From: a virus
Strand: one strand, 5' to 3'
DNA length: 64,000 nt
IMG/VR virus record: IMGVR_UViG_3300029305_000264
Span: 32,001 to 96,000 of that record
A program made the position numbers and the translations under genes. How positions within the stretch are numbered: the first letter of the stretch is position 1; every line of letters starts with the position of its first letter. The notes beneath the pieces are model-generated. The model did not search any database, was not told the origin of the DNA, and was given only the letters and a program-made list of their open reading frames with translations. Below, piece by piece: positions 23,288-32,688 of this stretch.

Positions 23288-25291
23288 ATGGAATTGTTTA
23301 AGTTATTGGGAACAATAGCAATAGACAATACAGAAGCGAACAACGCACTGGAAGGCACCACACAAAAGGCGCATGAATCCGCAAACGAAACCGAATCCGC
23401 CTTTTCAAAAATCGGCGGTGTTGCGAAGAATATTGCAATCGGCATCGGGGCGGCAGGGCTTGCCATTGGCGGTGCATTTGTCGGTGCGGTAGAAAGTACA
23501 AGAGAGTACAGGGCGGAAATGAACCTGCTTGATGCGGCATTTCAGACAGCAGGACACAGTTCCAAAGCCGCAAAGGACACCTATTCAGAACTTAACGCCG
23601 TGCTTGGAGATTCCGGGCAGGCGGTGGAAGCATCACAGCATCTTGCATTGATTGCGGACAACGAAAAGGAACTGTCCGATCTAACAGGTATTTTGACCGG
23701 AGTATATGCCACTTTCGGAGAATCGTTGCCGTTGGAAGGACTTGCAGAGGGCATCAATCATTCTGCATCCCTTGGAGAAGTGCAAGGAAGCCTTGCGGAT
23801 GCCTTGGAATGGTCCGGAATCACGGTTGAGGATTTCAACGATAAGTTGGCGAAGCTGAAAACCGAGGAAGAACGGCAGGATTTGATTGTAAAGACCTTAA
23901 AAGGCACTTACAGCGAAGCATCCGTGCAGTACAAAGAAACCAACAAGGATATCATGGAATCCCGGAAGGCGCAGGAACGCTTATCGGATGCAATGGCGAA
24001 GGTTGGTGAAATCGGGGAACCGATAATGACAGCACTTCGGAATGCGATTGCATCACTTGCAGAAAAGGCAATCCCGGTCCTTGAAGATATGGTGAATTGG
24101 TTCCGTGATGCTATCACATGGATAAAGCAGAACGAAGAAACCGTGCAAACATGGGTTGGCGTTATTATAGGCGCAACAACGGCAATCGGTGCCTTCGTTT
24201 TAATTATTTCATGGGGAAAGATAATGACCGCAGCGGCAAACGCCGTGAAGGTTGTTAGAACTGCCATGATTGCCTTTAATGCGGTATTGATGGCAAATCC
24301 TATTGGCTTGGTTGTGGCGGCTGTTGTGGGGCTTGTGGCGGCGTTTATTTACCTTTGGAACAATGTCGATGGCTTCCGGAACTTTTGGAAATCCGCATGG
24401 AACACGATAAAATCCCTTGCAAATTCCGCATGGAAGGCAATCCGGAAATACTTTTCGGATGCGTGGGCGGCTATTAAGAAAACATGGTCCGCGGTGACAG
24501 GGTACTTCCGGGGGATATGGAACGGAATCAAGTCTACTTTTAATTCTGTGAAATCGTGGTTTTCCCAAATTTTCCGGAACGCATGGAACGGTGTCAAGTC
24601 TATATGGAATGGAGCGCGTTCTTTCTTCTCCGGAATATGGTCCGGCATCCGTGGCGTTTTTGGTTCGGTTGCATCGTGGTTCCGCAATACCTTCCGGAAC
24701 GCATGGAACAATATCAAATCCGCTTTCAGCAGTTGGGGTTCCTTCTTCTCCGGGCTTTGGGGCAAGGTGAAAAGCAAATTCGGTTCAATCGGAACTTCCA
24801 TCGGAAACGCAATGGGAAATGCCGTGAAAAAAGGAATGAATGGTGCCTTATCCTTGGTGGAAGGTGCTATCAATAAGGGAATTGGACTGATAAACAGTGC
24901 AATCCGCCTTGCAAACAAACTTCCGGGAATCAATGTCGGAACCGTGTCGAAAATCTCCCTTCCGCGCCTTGCAAAAGGTGGTGTACTGGAGAAAGGGCAA
25001 GTCGGCATCTTAGAGGGTTCCGGTGCGGAAGCTGTTGTGCCGTTGGAAAACAACCGGGCATGGCTTTCCAATGTTGCGGAAGATTTGAACGAGTTACAAA
25101 GAACAGAAACAAAGCCGGGAAATGATGCGGATATCATTACCCGGATGAACAGAATAATTGCTTTGCTTGAAAATCTATTCGGTATGCAAATCCGGCTTGA
25201 TAGCGGCGCATTGGTTGGCGAATTGGCACCTGCGGTTGATGCAAGGCTTGGAAGGATGTACCGGACAGCAAGCAGAGGAAACGCACGATAA
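23288..25291 (+). CDS. Tape measure protein 1
   Basis: MELFKLLGTIAIDNTEAN.., coiled coils, a hydrophobic segment, W/F periodic repeats, and C-terminal KGGVLEKGQVGILEGSGAEAVVPL. Confidence 0.8.
   Translation: MELFKLLGTIAIDNTEANNALEGTTQKAHESANETESAFSKIGGVAKNIAIGIGAAGLAIGGAFVGAVESTREYRAEMNLLDAAFQTAGHSSKAAKDTYSELNAVLGDSGQAVEASQHLALIADNEKELSDLTGILTGVYATFGESLPLEGLAEGINHSASLGEVQGSLADALEWSGITVEDFNDKLAKLKTEEERQDLIVKTLKGTYSEASVQYKETNKDIMESRKAQERLSDAMAKVGEIGEPIMTALRNAIASLAEKAIPVLEDMVNWFRDAITWIKQNEETVQTWVGVIIGATTAIGAFVLIISWGKIMTAAANAVKVVRTAMIAFNAVLMANPIGLVVAAVVGLVAAFIYLWNNVDGFRNFWKSAWNTIKSLANSAWKAIRKYFSDAWAAIKKTWSAVTGYFRGIWNGIKSTFNSVKSWFSQIFRNAWNGVKSIWNGARSFFSGIWSGIRGVFGSVASWFRNTFRNAWNNIKSAFSSWGSFFSGLWGKVKSKFGSIGTSIGNAMGNAVKKGMNGALSLVEGAINKGIGLINSAIRLANKLPGINVGTVSKISLPRLAKGGVLEKGQVGILEGSGAEAVVPLENNRAWLSNVAEDLNELQRTETKPGNDADIITRMNRIIALLENLFGMQIRLDSGALVGELAPAVDARLGRMYRTASRGNAR
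24361..24800 (+). repeat. Coding quasi-periodic repeats in TMP1 (aromatic 7/11 spacing)
   Basis: FRNFWKSAWNTIKS..AWKAIRKYF..WNGIKSTF..WNGVKSIW.. Reiterated tggaa/atcaa DNA motifs. Confidence 0.6.
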
Positions 25292-25298
25292 ACGCACG

Positions 25299-25322
25299 GA
25301 AACACACGCCGTGTGTTTTTTA
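25299..25322 (+). terminator. Intrinsic terminator between the two TMP genes
   Basis: AAACACAC, GCC loop, GTGTGTTT, then TTTT. No equivalent in prophage 2. Confidence 0.5.
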
Positions 25323-25349
25323 ATGAACAAAAGAAGGGGGTGAATCCCT
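25322..25349 (+). promoter_or_regulatory. 28-nt block identical in both prophages (SD hairpin / 6-codon uORF)
   Basis: AATGAACAAAAGAAGGGGGTGAATCCCT is identical to 63513-63540. Contains ATG AAC AAA AGA AGG GGG TGA and an AAGGG/CCCTT stem. Confidence 0.45.
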
Positions 25350-25350
25350 T

Positions 25351-27636
25351 ATGGAACTTTTTAGGCTACTTGGAACGGTAGCTATTGACAACAGCGGAGC
25401 GAATGCAGCTATTGATGAAACTGTCGATAAGGCAGAAAAATCGCATGGGAAAATCGGATCGGCATTTGGCAAAGTCGGTTCAGCGGCGGTGAAAGTCGGA
25501 AAGACCGTTGCCGCAGGGCTTGCGGCAGGTGGCGCGGCGGTTGTGGCACTTACCAAAAGTGCATTGGATGGATATGCAGACTATGAACAGCTTGTAGGCG
25601 GTGTAGAAACGCTTTTCAAGAACAGCGGAGAAACGGTACTAAAATATGCGGAAAACGCATATAAAACAGCCGGAATGTCCGCGAATGAGTACATGGAAAC
25701 CGTCACATCCTTTTCTGCATCCTTGATTCAGAGTTTGGACGGTGACACAGCAAAGGCGGCAGAAAAGGCGAATTTGGCAATCACGGATATGTCCGACAAT
25801 GCAAACAAGATGGGAACGAGCATGGAAAGCATCCAAAATGCTTATCAAGGCTTCGCAAAGCAGAACTACACCATGCTTGACAATTTAAAGTTGGGCTACG
25901 GCGGAACCAAGGAAGAAATGCAACGCCTTCTTCGGGATGCGCAGGCAATCTCCGGGATTGAATACGACATTTCCAGTTATGCGGATGTAGTAGATGCAAT
26001 CCATGTAATACAAACGGAAATTGGTATCACAGGAACCACGGCGAAGGAAGCAAGTTCCACAATCTCCGGTTCTATTTCGTCCATGAAATCCGCATGGAAA
26101 AACCTTGTCGCAGGATTGGGAAATGAAAATGCCGATATTGGCGGATTGCTTGACCTATTCAGCGAAAGTGCAATCACCGTGGCAGGCAATGTGATTCCGA
26201 GGGTAGAAATAATCTTGAAAAAGATTGTCGAATTGATACCGAAATTGGCACCGAAAATCGCAAAAGCTATCCCGAAATTGATTTCTTCGTTATTGCCCAC
26301 GGTTATTTCTGCGGCGGTGTCCTTGATAGGAAGCCTTGCAGATGCGCTTCCGGATATTCTTGGAGCATTGATTGATGTTCTTCCGCTTTTTATTGATGGG
26401 GCAATGAAGATATTTGAAGCAATCGTTGGTGCGCTTCCGCAGTTGATGGAAATGCTATGCGATGCCCTGCCGGGACTGATTGAGGGCATAGTCGATTCCG
26501 GAATTATTACTTCCTTGATTGATTGTGCAGTGCAGTTGACATTGGCACTGATTGAAGCATTGCCGGATATTATTCAGCTTATTGTCGAGCAGCTTCCGAA
26601 GATTTTATCACAGATTGCCGAAGGGCTTGCGGCGGCGTTCCCGGTATTACTGGAAGCCGTGACCGGGCTTTTTGCGCAAATTTGGAACATGATTGCAGGC
26701 GGATTGCTTGGAACGGAAGCCACCTTCGAAGAATCCTTCGTTAACATCGAAGGGCTTTTCACCGGGCTTTGGGATGTGCTTTCCACAACATGGGAAACAT
26801 TAGGTGCGCCGATTTGGGAACTGATTCAATCCTGCGTTGGCACCGTGCGTGATGTATTTTCCGAGAAGATGCCGGAAATCAAGGAATTTGTTTCGGGCTG
26901 TTTTTCTGATATCGGTGTAATTTGGGAAGAACACTTGAAGCCGTGCTTTGAAGCAATCGGCAAATTCATTGATGAAGTCTTGGCACCTGTATTCGAAGAA
27001 GTGTTTACAAACTTCATCGGTCCGGCGGTTGATACTTGTTTCGAACATATCAAGAATATGTGGGAAAACACCTTAAAGCCTTGTCTTACCGGAATTATTG
27101 ACTTTATCACCGCAGTTTTCACCGGAGATTGGGAGAAGGCTTGGCAGGCGTTGGTTGACTTTGTGACAGGCATTTTTGAAGGCTTGGTAACGGCAGTAAA
27201 AACGCCTATCAATCTCATTATTGATGCGGTGAATGCGCTGATTGGCGGATTGAACAAATTACAGATTCCGGATTGGGTTCCGGAAATAGGCGGCAAGGGC
27301 ATCAACATTCCGCTGATTCCGAAACTGGAGCGCGGCGGCATCCTTGAAAAAGGGCAGGTTGGATTCCTTGAAGGAAACGGCGCAGAAGCGGTTGTTCCGT
27401 TAGATCAGAACGAAAAGTGGATTGGCAGGGTTGCGCAGGATATGGCAATGCAGGGCATCGGCGGCGGAATTGATTATGACCGTCTTTCCTATGCGGTTGT
27501 TGAAGCTATCCGCGAGGTAATACCGGAATTGCAGAATACACAGAGAATCGAAACGGACGAAAGCGGCATTTTCCGTGTAGTGCGTGACAGAGCGCGTGAA
27601 TACACACAGAAAACCGGGAATCCGGCGTTTGCGTAA
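25351..27636 (+). CDS. Tape measure protein 2 (TMP paralogue)
   Basis: MELFRLLGTVAIDNSGAN.., a TMP core-like region (..MSANEYMETV..NLKLGYGGTKEEMQRLL), ALP-rich helical repeats, and C-terminal RGGILEKGQVGFLEGNGAEAVVPL. Confidence 0.75.
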   Translation: MELFRLLGTVAIDNSGANAAIDETVDKAEKSHGKIGSAFGKVGSAAVKVGKTVAAGLAAGGAAVVALTKSALDGYADYEQLVGGVETLFKNSGETVLKYAENAYKTAGMSANEYMETVTSFSASLIQSLDGDTAKAAEKANLAITDMSDNANKMGTSMESIQNAYQGFAKQNYTMLDNLKLGYGGTKEEMQRLLRDAQAISGIEYDISSYADVVDAIHVIQTEIGITGTTAKEASSTISGSISSMKSAWKNLVAGLGNENADIGGLLDLFSESAITVAGNVIPRVEIILKKIVELIPKLAPKIAKAIPKLISSLLPTVISAAVSLIGSLADALPDILGALIDVLPLFIDGAMKIFEAIVGALPQLMEMLCDALPGLIEGIVDSGIITSLIDCAVQLTLALIEALPDIIQLIVEQLPKILSQIAEGLAAAFPVLLEAVTGLFAQIWNMIAGGLLGTEATFEESFVNIEGLFTGLWDVLSTTWETLGAPIWELIQSCVGTVRDVFSEKMPEIKEFVSGCFSDIGVIWEEHLKPCFEAIGKFIDEVLAPVFEEVFTNFIGPAVDTCFEHIKNMWENTLKPCLTGIIDFITAVFTGDWEKAWQALVDFVTGIFEGLVTAVKTPINLIIDAVNALIGGLNKLQIPDWVPEIGGKGINIPLIPKLERGGILEKGQVGFLEGNGAEAVVPLDQNEKWIGRVAQDMAMQGIGGGIDYDRLSYAVVEAIREVIPELQNTQRIETDESGIFRVVRDRAREYTQKTGNPAFA

Positions 27637-27647
27637 GGGGGTTCAGT

Positions 27648-28022
27648 ATGTATCAAGGTTATAGAATCAAAGTCAATGGAACCATCATTAGTGATTTTAT
27701 GATTAAGCGCGGAAGCTATAATTCCATGCCGAAAAGCCGCGTACTTGCATCCTATTACGATGCCGCAGGCAATCCGCATGAGGAATTAAGCCCGGTAAAG
27801 AAGATGGAAATAAATTTCACCATCCGGGAACATGACATGGAAGAACATCTTGCGATTATGTCTGCATTTCCGGAACGCAATGTATTTGTGGAATATTGGA
27901 ACGACACAACCGGAGCATATGCAACAGGTGTTTTCCGTGTGGAAGATATGAAAACACCACACAAGCACGCCGCAGGCGGAATCCGGTATGGTGAAATCCT
28001 TGTTAAGTTAAAGGAGAATTGA
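27648..28022 (+). CDS. Small tail-tip protein (Dit-position, not classic Dit)
   Basis: 124 aa. Immediately follows the TMP. Function assigned by position only. Confidence 0.4.
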   Translation: MYQGYRIKVNGTIISDFMIKRGSYNSMPKSRVLASYYDAAGNPHEELSPVKKMEINFTIREHDMEEHLAIMSAFPERNVFVEYWNDTTGAYATGVFRVEDMKTPHKHAAGGIRYGEILVKLKEN

Positions 28023-28024
28023 CG

Positions 28025-29905
28025 ATGGCAGATACAAAAGAATTTAAGGAACTTTTCAATCAGTCGGGCATTGCCAAAAGACTGATTATCCATTTCCCGA
28101 ATCTTTCTGTCACGCTTCGCAACGAAGATATTGTATCGGAAAGCATGGAAATCTCCGAAAGCCTTTGTTCGGAACCGGAACTTCGTTTCGGTTCCTGCGA
28201 AGCATCGGTATTTAAGCTGCGCATCATTGGCAATGTGATTCCGCTTATCGGGGAAACCTTTACGGTGTCAATGTATGTCGGGGATATTGTGGAACCTTTT
28301 GTGCTTGGCACCTATAAGGTAACATCCGACAAACCGACAGCAGACAGACGATTCCGGGATATTGTGGCGCATGATGCCATGTACGATATCATCAAAGCGG
28401 ATGTGGCGGCATGGTATAACAGCATTCTTCCGAAAGAGGACAGCACAATCACCCTTCGGGAGTTCCGCGATTCCTTCATGGAGCATTTTGGCGTGGAGCA
28501 GGAAGAAATCACCCTGCCAAATGATGAAATGGTTGTGGAGCGTACTATTGATCCGAAAGTGTTAAGTGGAAAAGATGTGCTTTCGGCTATTTGCGAAATC
28601 AACGGATGCTTCGGGCATATCGGGCGGAGTGGAAAGATGCAGTATGTCGTGCTTGAAGAATTTGTGGCAGGGCTTTTCCCTTCGAACGAATTATTCCCGG
28701 CGGAAGATTTGTTTCCTTCCGGTACCGAAACCATATCCGCGCATTACTACAAGGAATGCAAGTACGAAGATTACACCACAAAGCGAATCGGGAAACTGCA
28801 AATCCGGCAGGAAGAAAACGATATCGGGTGCATCATCGGCAATGGTGAGAATTGCTATATCGTTGAAGATAATTTCCTTGTGTATGGCAAGGATGCGGCG
28901 GCACTGGAAGCAATCGGGCAGAAGCTATTTGACATTATCAGTGTTTTATGGTATCGCCCGGCAAGAGTAACAGCAATCGGCAATCCGTGCATGGAAGTCG
29001 GAAGCGGAATCCGCATAGTGACACAGCGGCAAATCGTGGAAACCTACATTTTGGAGCGCACATTGAAGGGCATACAGGCGTTGTTTGACACCTACGATGC
29101 AAACGGCGAAGAAACCTATTCCGACAATGTAAATTCGGTGCAACAGTCCATTTTGCAGTTGAAGGGAAAGACCAACATCCTTTCCCGGACGGTGGAAGAA
29201 ACGAAATCCCGGATTGAGGATGTAAACAAAGGGTTGAGTTCTGAAATAAAGCAGACTGCGGATGCCATAAATCTATCTGTGGAAGATTTGGCGAATAATA
29301 CTGCATCGAGCATCACGGAACTTTCGGATCAGATTTCCCTTCGCGTTACCGCAGGCGAAGTAGATACCATGATTGACATTGCGTTGAATGAAATTACTAT
29401 CACAGCAGGGCAAATCAATCTTGATGGCTATGTTTCGGCAGGCGGCGGAAATTTCTCCATTGATGCAAACGGAAATCTTAAAATCAAAAACTCTTATCAT
29501 ACTGTTGAGATAGGGGATTCCGGTATTGAGGTTACTGCAAGCAATGGAAATGAAATTATTTACGGTTCCCATGCTGTTTGGTTTAGAAGTGGCGGAAATA
29601 CCGTTTCTCGAATTGAACTATACAACAATCAGCTTCGAGTTGTAACGCCGGGAACAGGCGGTTTTTATGTGGATGGGTACCGTGTTTTGACAACCAATGA
29701 TTCTATTTCCGCATCGGTTTCGTTGAATAGCGCAAATACAACCATTTCATATACCACTATCGGAAACATCAATATTATGTCCGCGAATGGTTATCAAGCG
29801 GAAAGTGGTTATAAGTACGGCAATATTGCAAGTACAGGTTGGGTGCAGGGAAAGATTGCGGTAATCAATGAAAGATTGGAAGCACTTGAAGCAAAGGTGG
29901 TGTAA
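28025..29905 (+). CDS. Tail-associated (Tal-position) structural protein
   Basis: ~626 aa from ATG 28025 (AAGGAG RBS). The N terminus resembles tail-tip hub proteins. Mid coiled coil and beta-rich C terminus. Confidence 0.5.
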   Translation: MADTKEFKELFNQSGIAKRLIIHFPNLSVTLRNEDIVSESMEISESLCSEPELRFGSCEASVFKLRIIGNVIPLIGETFTVSMYVGDIVEPFVLGTYKVTSDKPTADRRFRDIVAHDAMYDIIKADVAAWYNSILPKEDSTITLREFRDSFMEHFGVEQEEITLPNDEMVVERTIDPKVLSGKDVLSAICEINGCFGHIGRSGKMQYVVLEEFVAGLFPSNELFPAEDLFPSGTETISAHYYKECKYEDYTTKRIGKLQIRQEENDIGCIIGNGENCYIVEDNFLVYGKDAAALEAIGQKLFDIISVLWYRPARVTAIGNPCMEVGSGIRIVTQRQIVETYILERTLKGIQALFDTYDANGEETYSDNVNSVQQSILQLKGKTNILSRTVEETKSRIEDVNKGLSSEIKQTADAINLSVEDLANNTASSITELSDQISLRVTAGEVDTMIDIALNEITITAGQINLDGYVSAGGGNFSIDANGNLKIKNSYHTVEIGDSGIEVTASNGNEIIYGSHAVWFRSGGNTVSRIELYNNQLRVVTPGTGGFYVDGYRVLTTNDSISASVSLNSANTTISYTTIGNINIMSANGYQAESGYKYGNIASTGWVQGKIAVINERLEALEAKVV

Positions 29906-29908
29906 GGC

Positions 29909-30106
29909 ATGGGAATCAACACAGCAACGAAGAAGTTTCAAGAGGATTTGGTGAACACGATAAATAAAAGCGGCTTGCCGCCCTGTATAGTCGAAATGGT
30001 AGTGGAAAACACCCTTGCGGCAGTGCGGCGGCAGGTTGCAATAGCTTTGCAGACGGAAGCGGAAAGCGAGGTGGCAAAAGATGCAGAAAGCGTACAGGCG
30101 GATTGA
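29909..30106 (+). CDS. Hypothetical protein
   Basis: 65-aa ORF in the tail operon. Confidence 0.4.
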   Translation: MGINTATKKFQEDLVNTINKSGLPPCIVEMVVENTLAAVRRQVAIALQTEAESEVAKDAESVQAD

Positions 30107-30491
30107 ATGGGAAAACTATCCTTCCGGGAAAACGCCATTGAACGAAACAAACATGAACAAGATGGATGCCGCGATTGATGAACTGGATAATCGCATAATC
30201 GAACTTGATTTGAATATGCAGGCACCCATCACGGAAGCGGCGGCAAGTGCGGCAAATGCGCAGGCATCGGCAAATGCCGCGGCAGGAAGTGCAAGCGCGG
30301 CGGCGGCAAGTGAAAACAAGGCAAAGGCAAGTGAAGAAGTGTGTGTGGATGCCTTGGAAGAAGTCCGGCAGATAACACACAACACACAATTTGCTGTGAA
30401 CTTTACAACCGGGAATTTGGAATACAATGCACCGAAGTATGTGTTCGCAGTAAATAACCAAAGCGGAAATCTCGAATGGGGGGTGCGATAA
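30081..30491 (+). CDS. Tail-fibre N-terminal-like protein
   Basis: W.NYPSGKTPLNETNMNKMDAAIDELD motif typical of fibre N termini, followed by an Ala-rich coiled segment. Confidence 0.45.
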   Translation: MQKAYRRIEWENYPSGKTPLNETNMNKMDAAIDELDNRIIELDLNMQAPITEAAASAANAQASANAAAGSASAAAASENKAKASEEVCVDALEEVRQITHNTQFAVNFTTGNLEYNAPKYVFAVNNQSGNLEWGVR

Positions 30492-31165
30492 TGGAAAACG
30501 CAGGAAGAATTTTATTGATGCCGAAGGGTGACTATTCGGCATCCACTACATACGCAATGCTTGATATTGTAAACCATTCCGGGGCATCGTGGGTATGCAA
30601 GCAGGCTTGCACCGGGCAGACACCATCGGACAGCAACACAGCATATTGGCAGAGGTTAGGAATAGCGGTTGACCTTGCGAACTACTTACCGCTTGTTAAT
30701 AGTGCGACAATGGAAGTCAAGACTGCACAAGCGGCAACATTAACCTTAAACAATACAAATCCAACACATGGAGTAAATTACGTTCAGTATAAGAGTACGG
30801 TTGGCGATATGGGTTATTTGGGCTTTTCTGCAATCAACAACCCTGCATTTATGAGTACAGGTGGTGTAGTAAGTGACCTTCTCCACACTGGCAACAAGCC
30901 TACTGGCACTTACACTGGAAATGGTAGTGCTACGGCAAGAACTGTAAAAGTCGGTGGAGTTGGTAACTGTATCATGGTTAGAAGGGTTAGTTCGGAAGAT
31001 TTTGCAATCGTAACAGAAAGCGGATATATCGGAAGAAAGGGTGGTGTGGTAGTTACTGGCTCAGATGCGTATTGGACGAGAGATGGTGGAGGAAATTTGT
31101 ATATGGCTACAACATCGGAACTGTTTAATGCTAGTGGCGGAAGCTATTATTATGAGCTGTTATAA
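30491..31165 (+). CDS. Tail fibre / receptor-binding-like protein
   Basis: PKGDYSASTTYAMLDIVNHSGASWVCKQ...P......YWQRL motif common in fibre proteins. TAATG coupling. Confidence 0.45.
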   Translation: MENAGRILLMPKGDYSASTTYAMLDIVNHSGASWVCKQACTGQTPSDSNTAYWQRLGIAVDLANYLPLVNSATMEVKTAQAATLTLNNTNPTHGVNYVQYKSTVGDMGYLGFSAINNPAFMSTGGVVSDLLHTGNKPTGTYTGNGSATARTVKVGGVGNCIMVRRVSSEDFAIVTESGYIGRKGGVVVTGSDAYWTRDGGGNLYMATTSELFNASGGSYYYELL

Positions 31166-31179
31166 GAAAGGAGCATACC

Positions 31180-31557
31180 ATGAGCGAAATCTTAGAAAAT
31201 ATCGAAACTCCGATTGAGGAAGAAATCGTTGAAATTCCGCAGAGGGTAAATCCTTTCTGTGTTATTTCCAAGGGAACTACGGGAGAGTATGCGGTGAGGG
31301 ACATTCAGACTAATTCCGCATGGAGTGAAAATCCGTATGAAGATTATGCGGTTGTTCCCGATGATATGGTTGCAGATATTCTTGAAACGAAAGGGTTCTG
31401 TGACATTGTACTGAATGAGGACGGAACTGAGGTTGTGGAGTTTACTCCGAGAGAGATTCCGGAGATTCCGACACCGGAACCCGAAACACCGTCTTCCGAC
31501 AGTAACGTGTGGGATGAAATGGCACTCGCAATCGAGGAAGGGGTGAATGAGGTATGA
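31180..31557 (+). CDS. Hypothetical acidic protein
   Basis: 125-aa ORF with AAGGAG RBS. Confidence 0.45.
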   Translation: MSEILENIETPIEEEIVEIPQRVNPFCVISKGTTGEYAVRDIQTNSAWSENPYEDYAVVPDDMVADILETKGFCDIVLNEDGTEVVEFTPREIPEIPTPEPETPSSDSNVWDEMALAIEEGVNEV

Positions 31558-32006
31558 CAAGCAAAGATTTTGTGTTAGACACCATGCGAAAGTATGGAAG
31601 AAAAGTTGCAGAGGAATTGCAGGAGAAAGCAGAGAGTATGACCGGAACCGAACTGTATGAAGAATATGGTTTCATTCCTTCTTTCTATGCAGCATGTGCA
31701 AAGTGCAATATGCTTGATCGTCCGGTGGGTTTTGTGTGTCGTTCTCCGCAGGGCAGAGTTGTGAAGCTGTTGCAGCCGTATGACAGCACTGTATTCACAG
31801 CGGAACCGGAAGATTTGCCTGCACAGTGGGGATTCAAGTGGTCACAGGATCCGAAACACGCACTTCCGTATGTGGCAATTTCCACAAGTCCTTATGGCAC
31901 AGGGGATTGTTGCACCGAAGATGATGTTGTATATCGTTCCTTGATTGACAACAATGTTTGGAAGCCTTCTGAATATCCGCAGGGATGGGAAGCAGTAACG
32001 GAATAA
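31554..32006 (+). CDS. Hypothetical protein
   Basis: 150-aa ORF, ATGA-coupled. The first GGATCC site of the window lies here (31847). Confidence 0.45.
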   Translation: MTSKDFVLDTMRKYGRKVAEELQEKAESMTGTELYEEYGFIPSFYAACAKCNMLDRPVGFVCRSPQGRVVKLLQPYDSTVFTAEPEDLPAQWGFKWSQDPKHALPYVAISTSPYGTGDCCTEDDVVYRSLIDNNVWKPSEYPQGWEAVTE

Positions 32007-32048
32007 AACAAAAGATAACTTGCTAAACTGCAAAGAAAGGCAGGTTAT

Positions 32049-32687
32049 ATGAAAGGTGTAAATTTTGGGGATTTTCATTCATACCGTGATTTTTCCCTTA
32101 TCCTTTCACAAAAGACAATTGGAACACCATCACCAAAAACGGAAACCATTGAGATTCCGGGCGGTGATGGTGTTCTTGATTTAACGGAAGTTTTCGGAGA
32201 AGTTAAATATAACAATCGGAATCTGTCCTTTGAGTTTTCAAGCATTGTTCCGCAGTCTGATTTCATGGATCAGTTTTCACATATACAGGATGCCTTGCAT
32301 GGACAGAAGATGCAGATCGTTCTTGATGATGATCCGGAGTGGTATTATACCGGGCGAATCAGTGTGTCAGAATGGAAAGCTGATAAGAATATCGGAAAGT
32401 TGACAATTGATTGCGATTGTGATCCGTACAAAACAAAGCTATCTGAAACGGTAGTGACAGCACCGGTGAACGGTCCGAAAACGGTCATTCTCACGAACAG
32501 CAAAAGAAGTGTGATGCCGACAATAGACATCACCGGGGAAGTGGATCTGACCTTCGGATCAAATTTCTATTCGCTTTCTGAAGGCAGATATGACCTTCCT
32601 GCGGTTCGGTTGGTAAATGGGGAAAATACAATTCTATTAGACGGAGCAGGCACAGCAACCTTCATATACATCGAAAGGGGGTTGTGA
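32049..32687 (+). CDS. Distal tail protein (Dit, Sipho_tail-like)
   Basis: FHSYRDFSLIL....IGTPSPKTETIEIPGGDGVLDLTEVFGEVKYNNRNL is the classic Dit N terminus. Confidence 0.7.
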   Translation: MKGVNFGDFHSYRDFSLILSQKTIGTPSPKTETIEIPGGDGVLDLTEVFGEVKYNNRNLSFEFSSIVPQSDFMDQFSHIQDALHGQKMQIVLDDDPEWYYTGRISVSEWKADKNIGKLTIDCDCDPYKTKLSETVVTAPVNGPKTVILTNSKRSVMPTIDITGEVDLTFGSNFYSLSEGRYDLPAVRLVNGENTILLDGAGTATFIYIERGL

Positions 32688-32688
32688 T

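Noticed and set aside
24361-24800. Periodic DNA repeats considered as a CRISPR or tandem-repeat locus
   Set aside because: The repeats are in-frame coding repeats of the tape measure (aromatic 7/11 spacing). There are no spacers and no cas genes.
24349-25305. 318-aa minus-strand ORF inside TMP1
   Set aside because: It is antisense to the repeat region of the tape measure, and its periodic sequence only mirrors the coding repeats. It is a shadow ORF.
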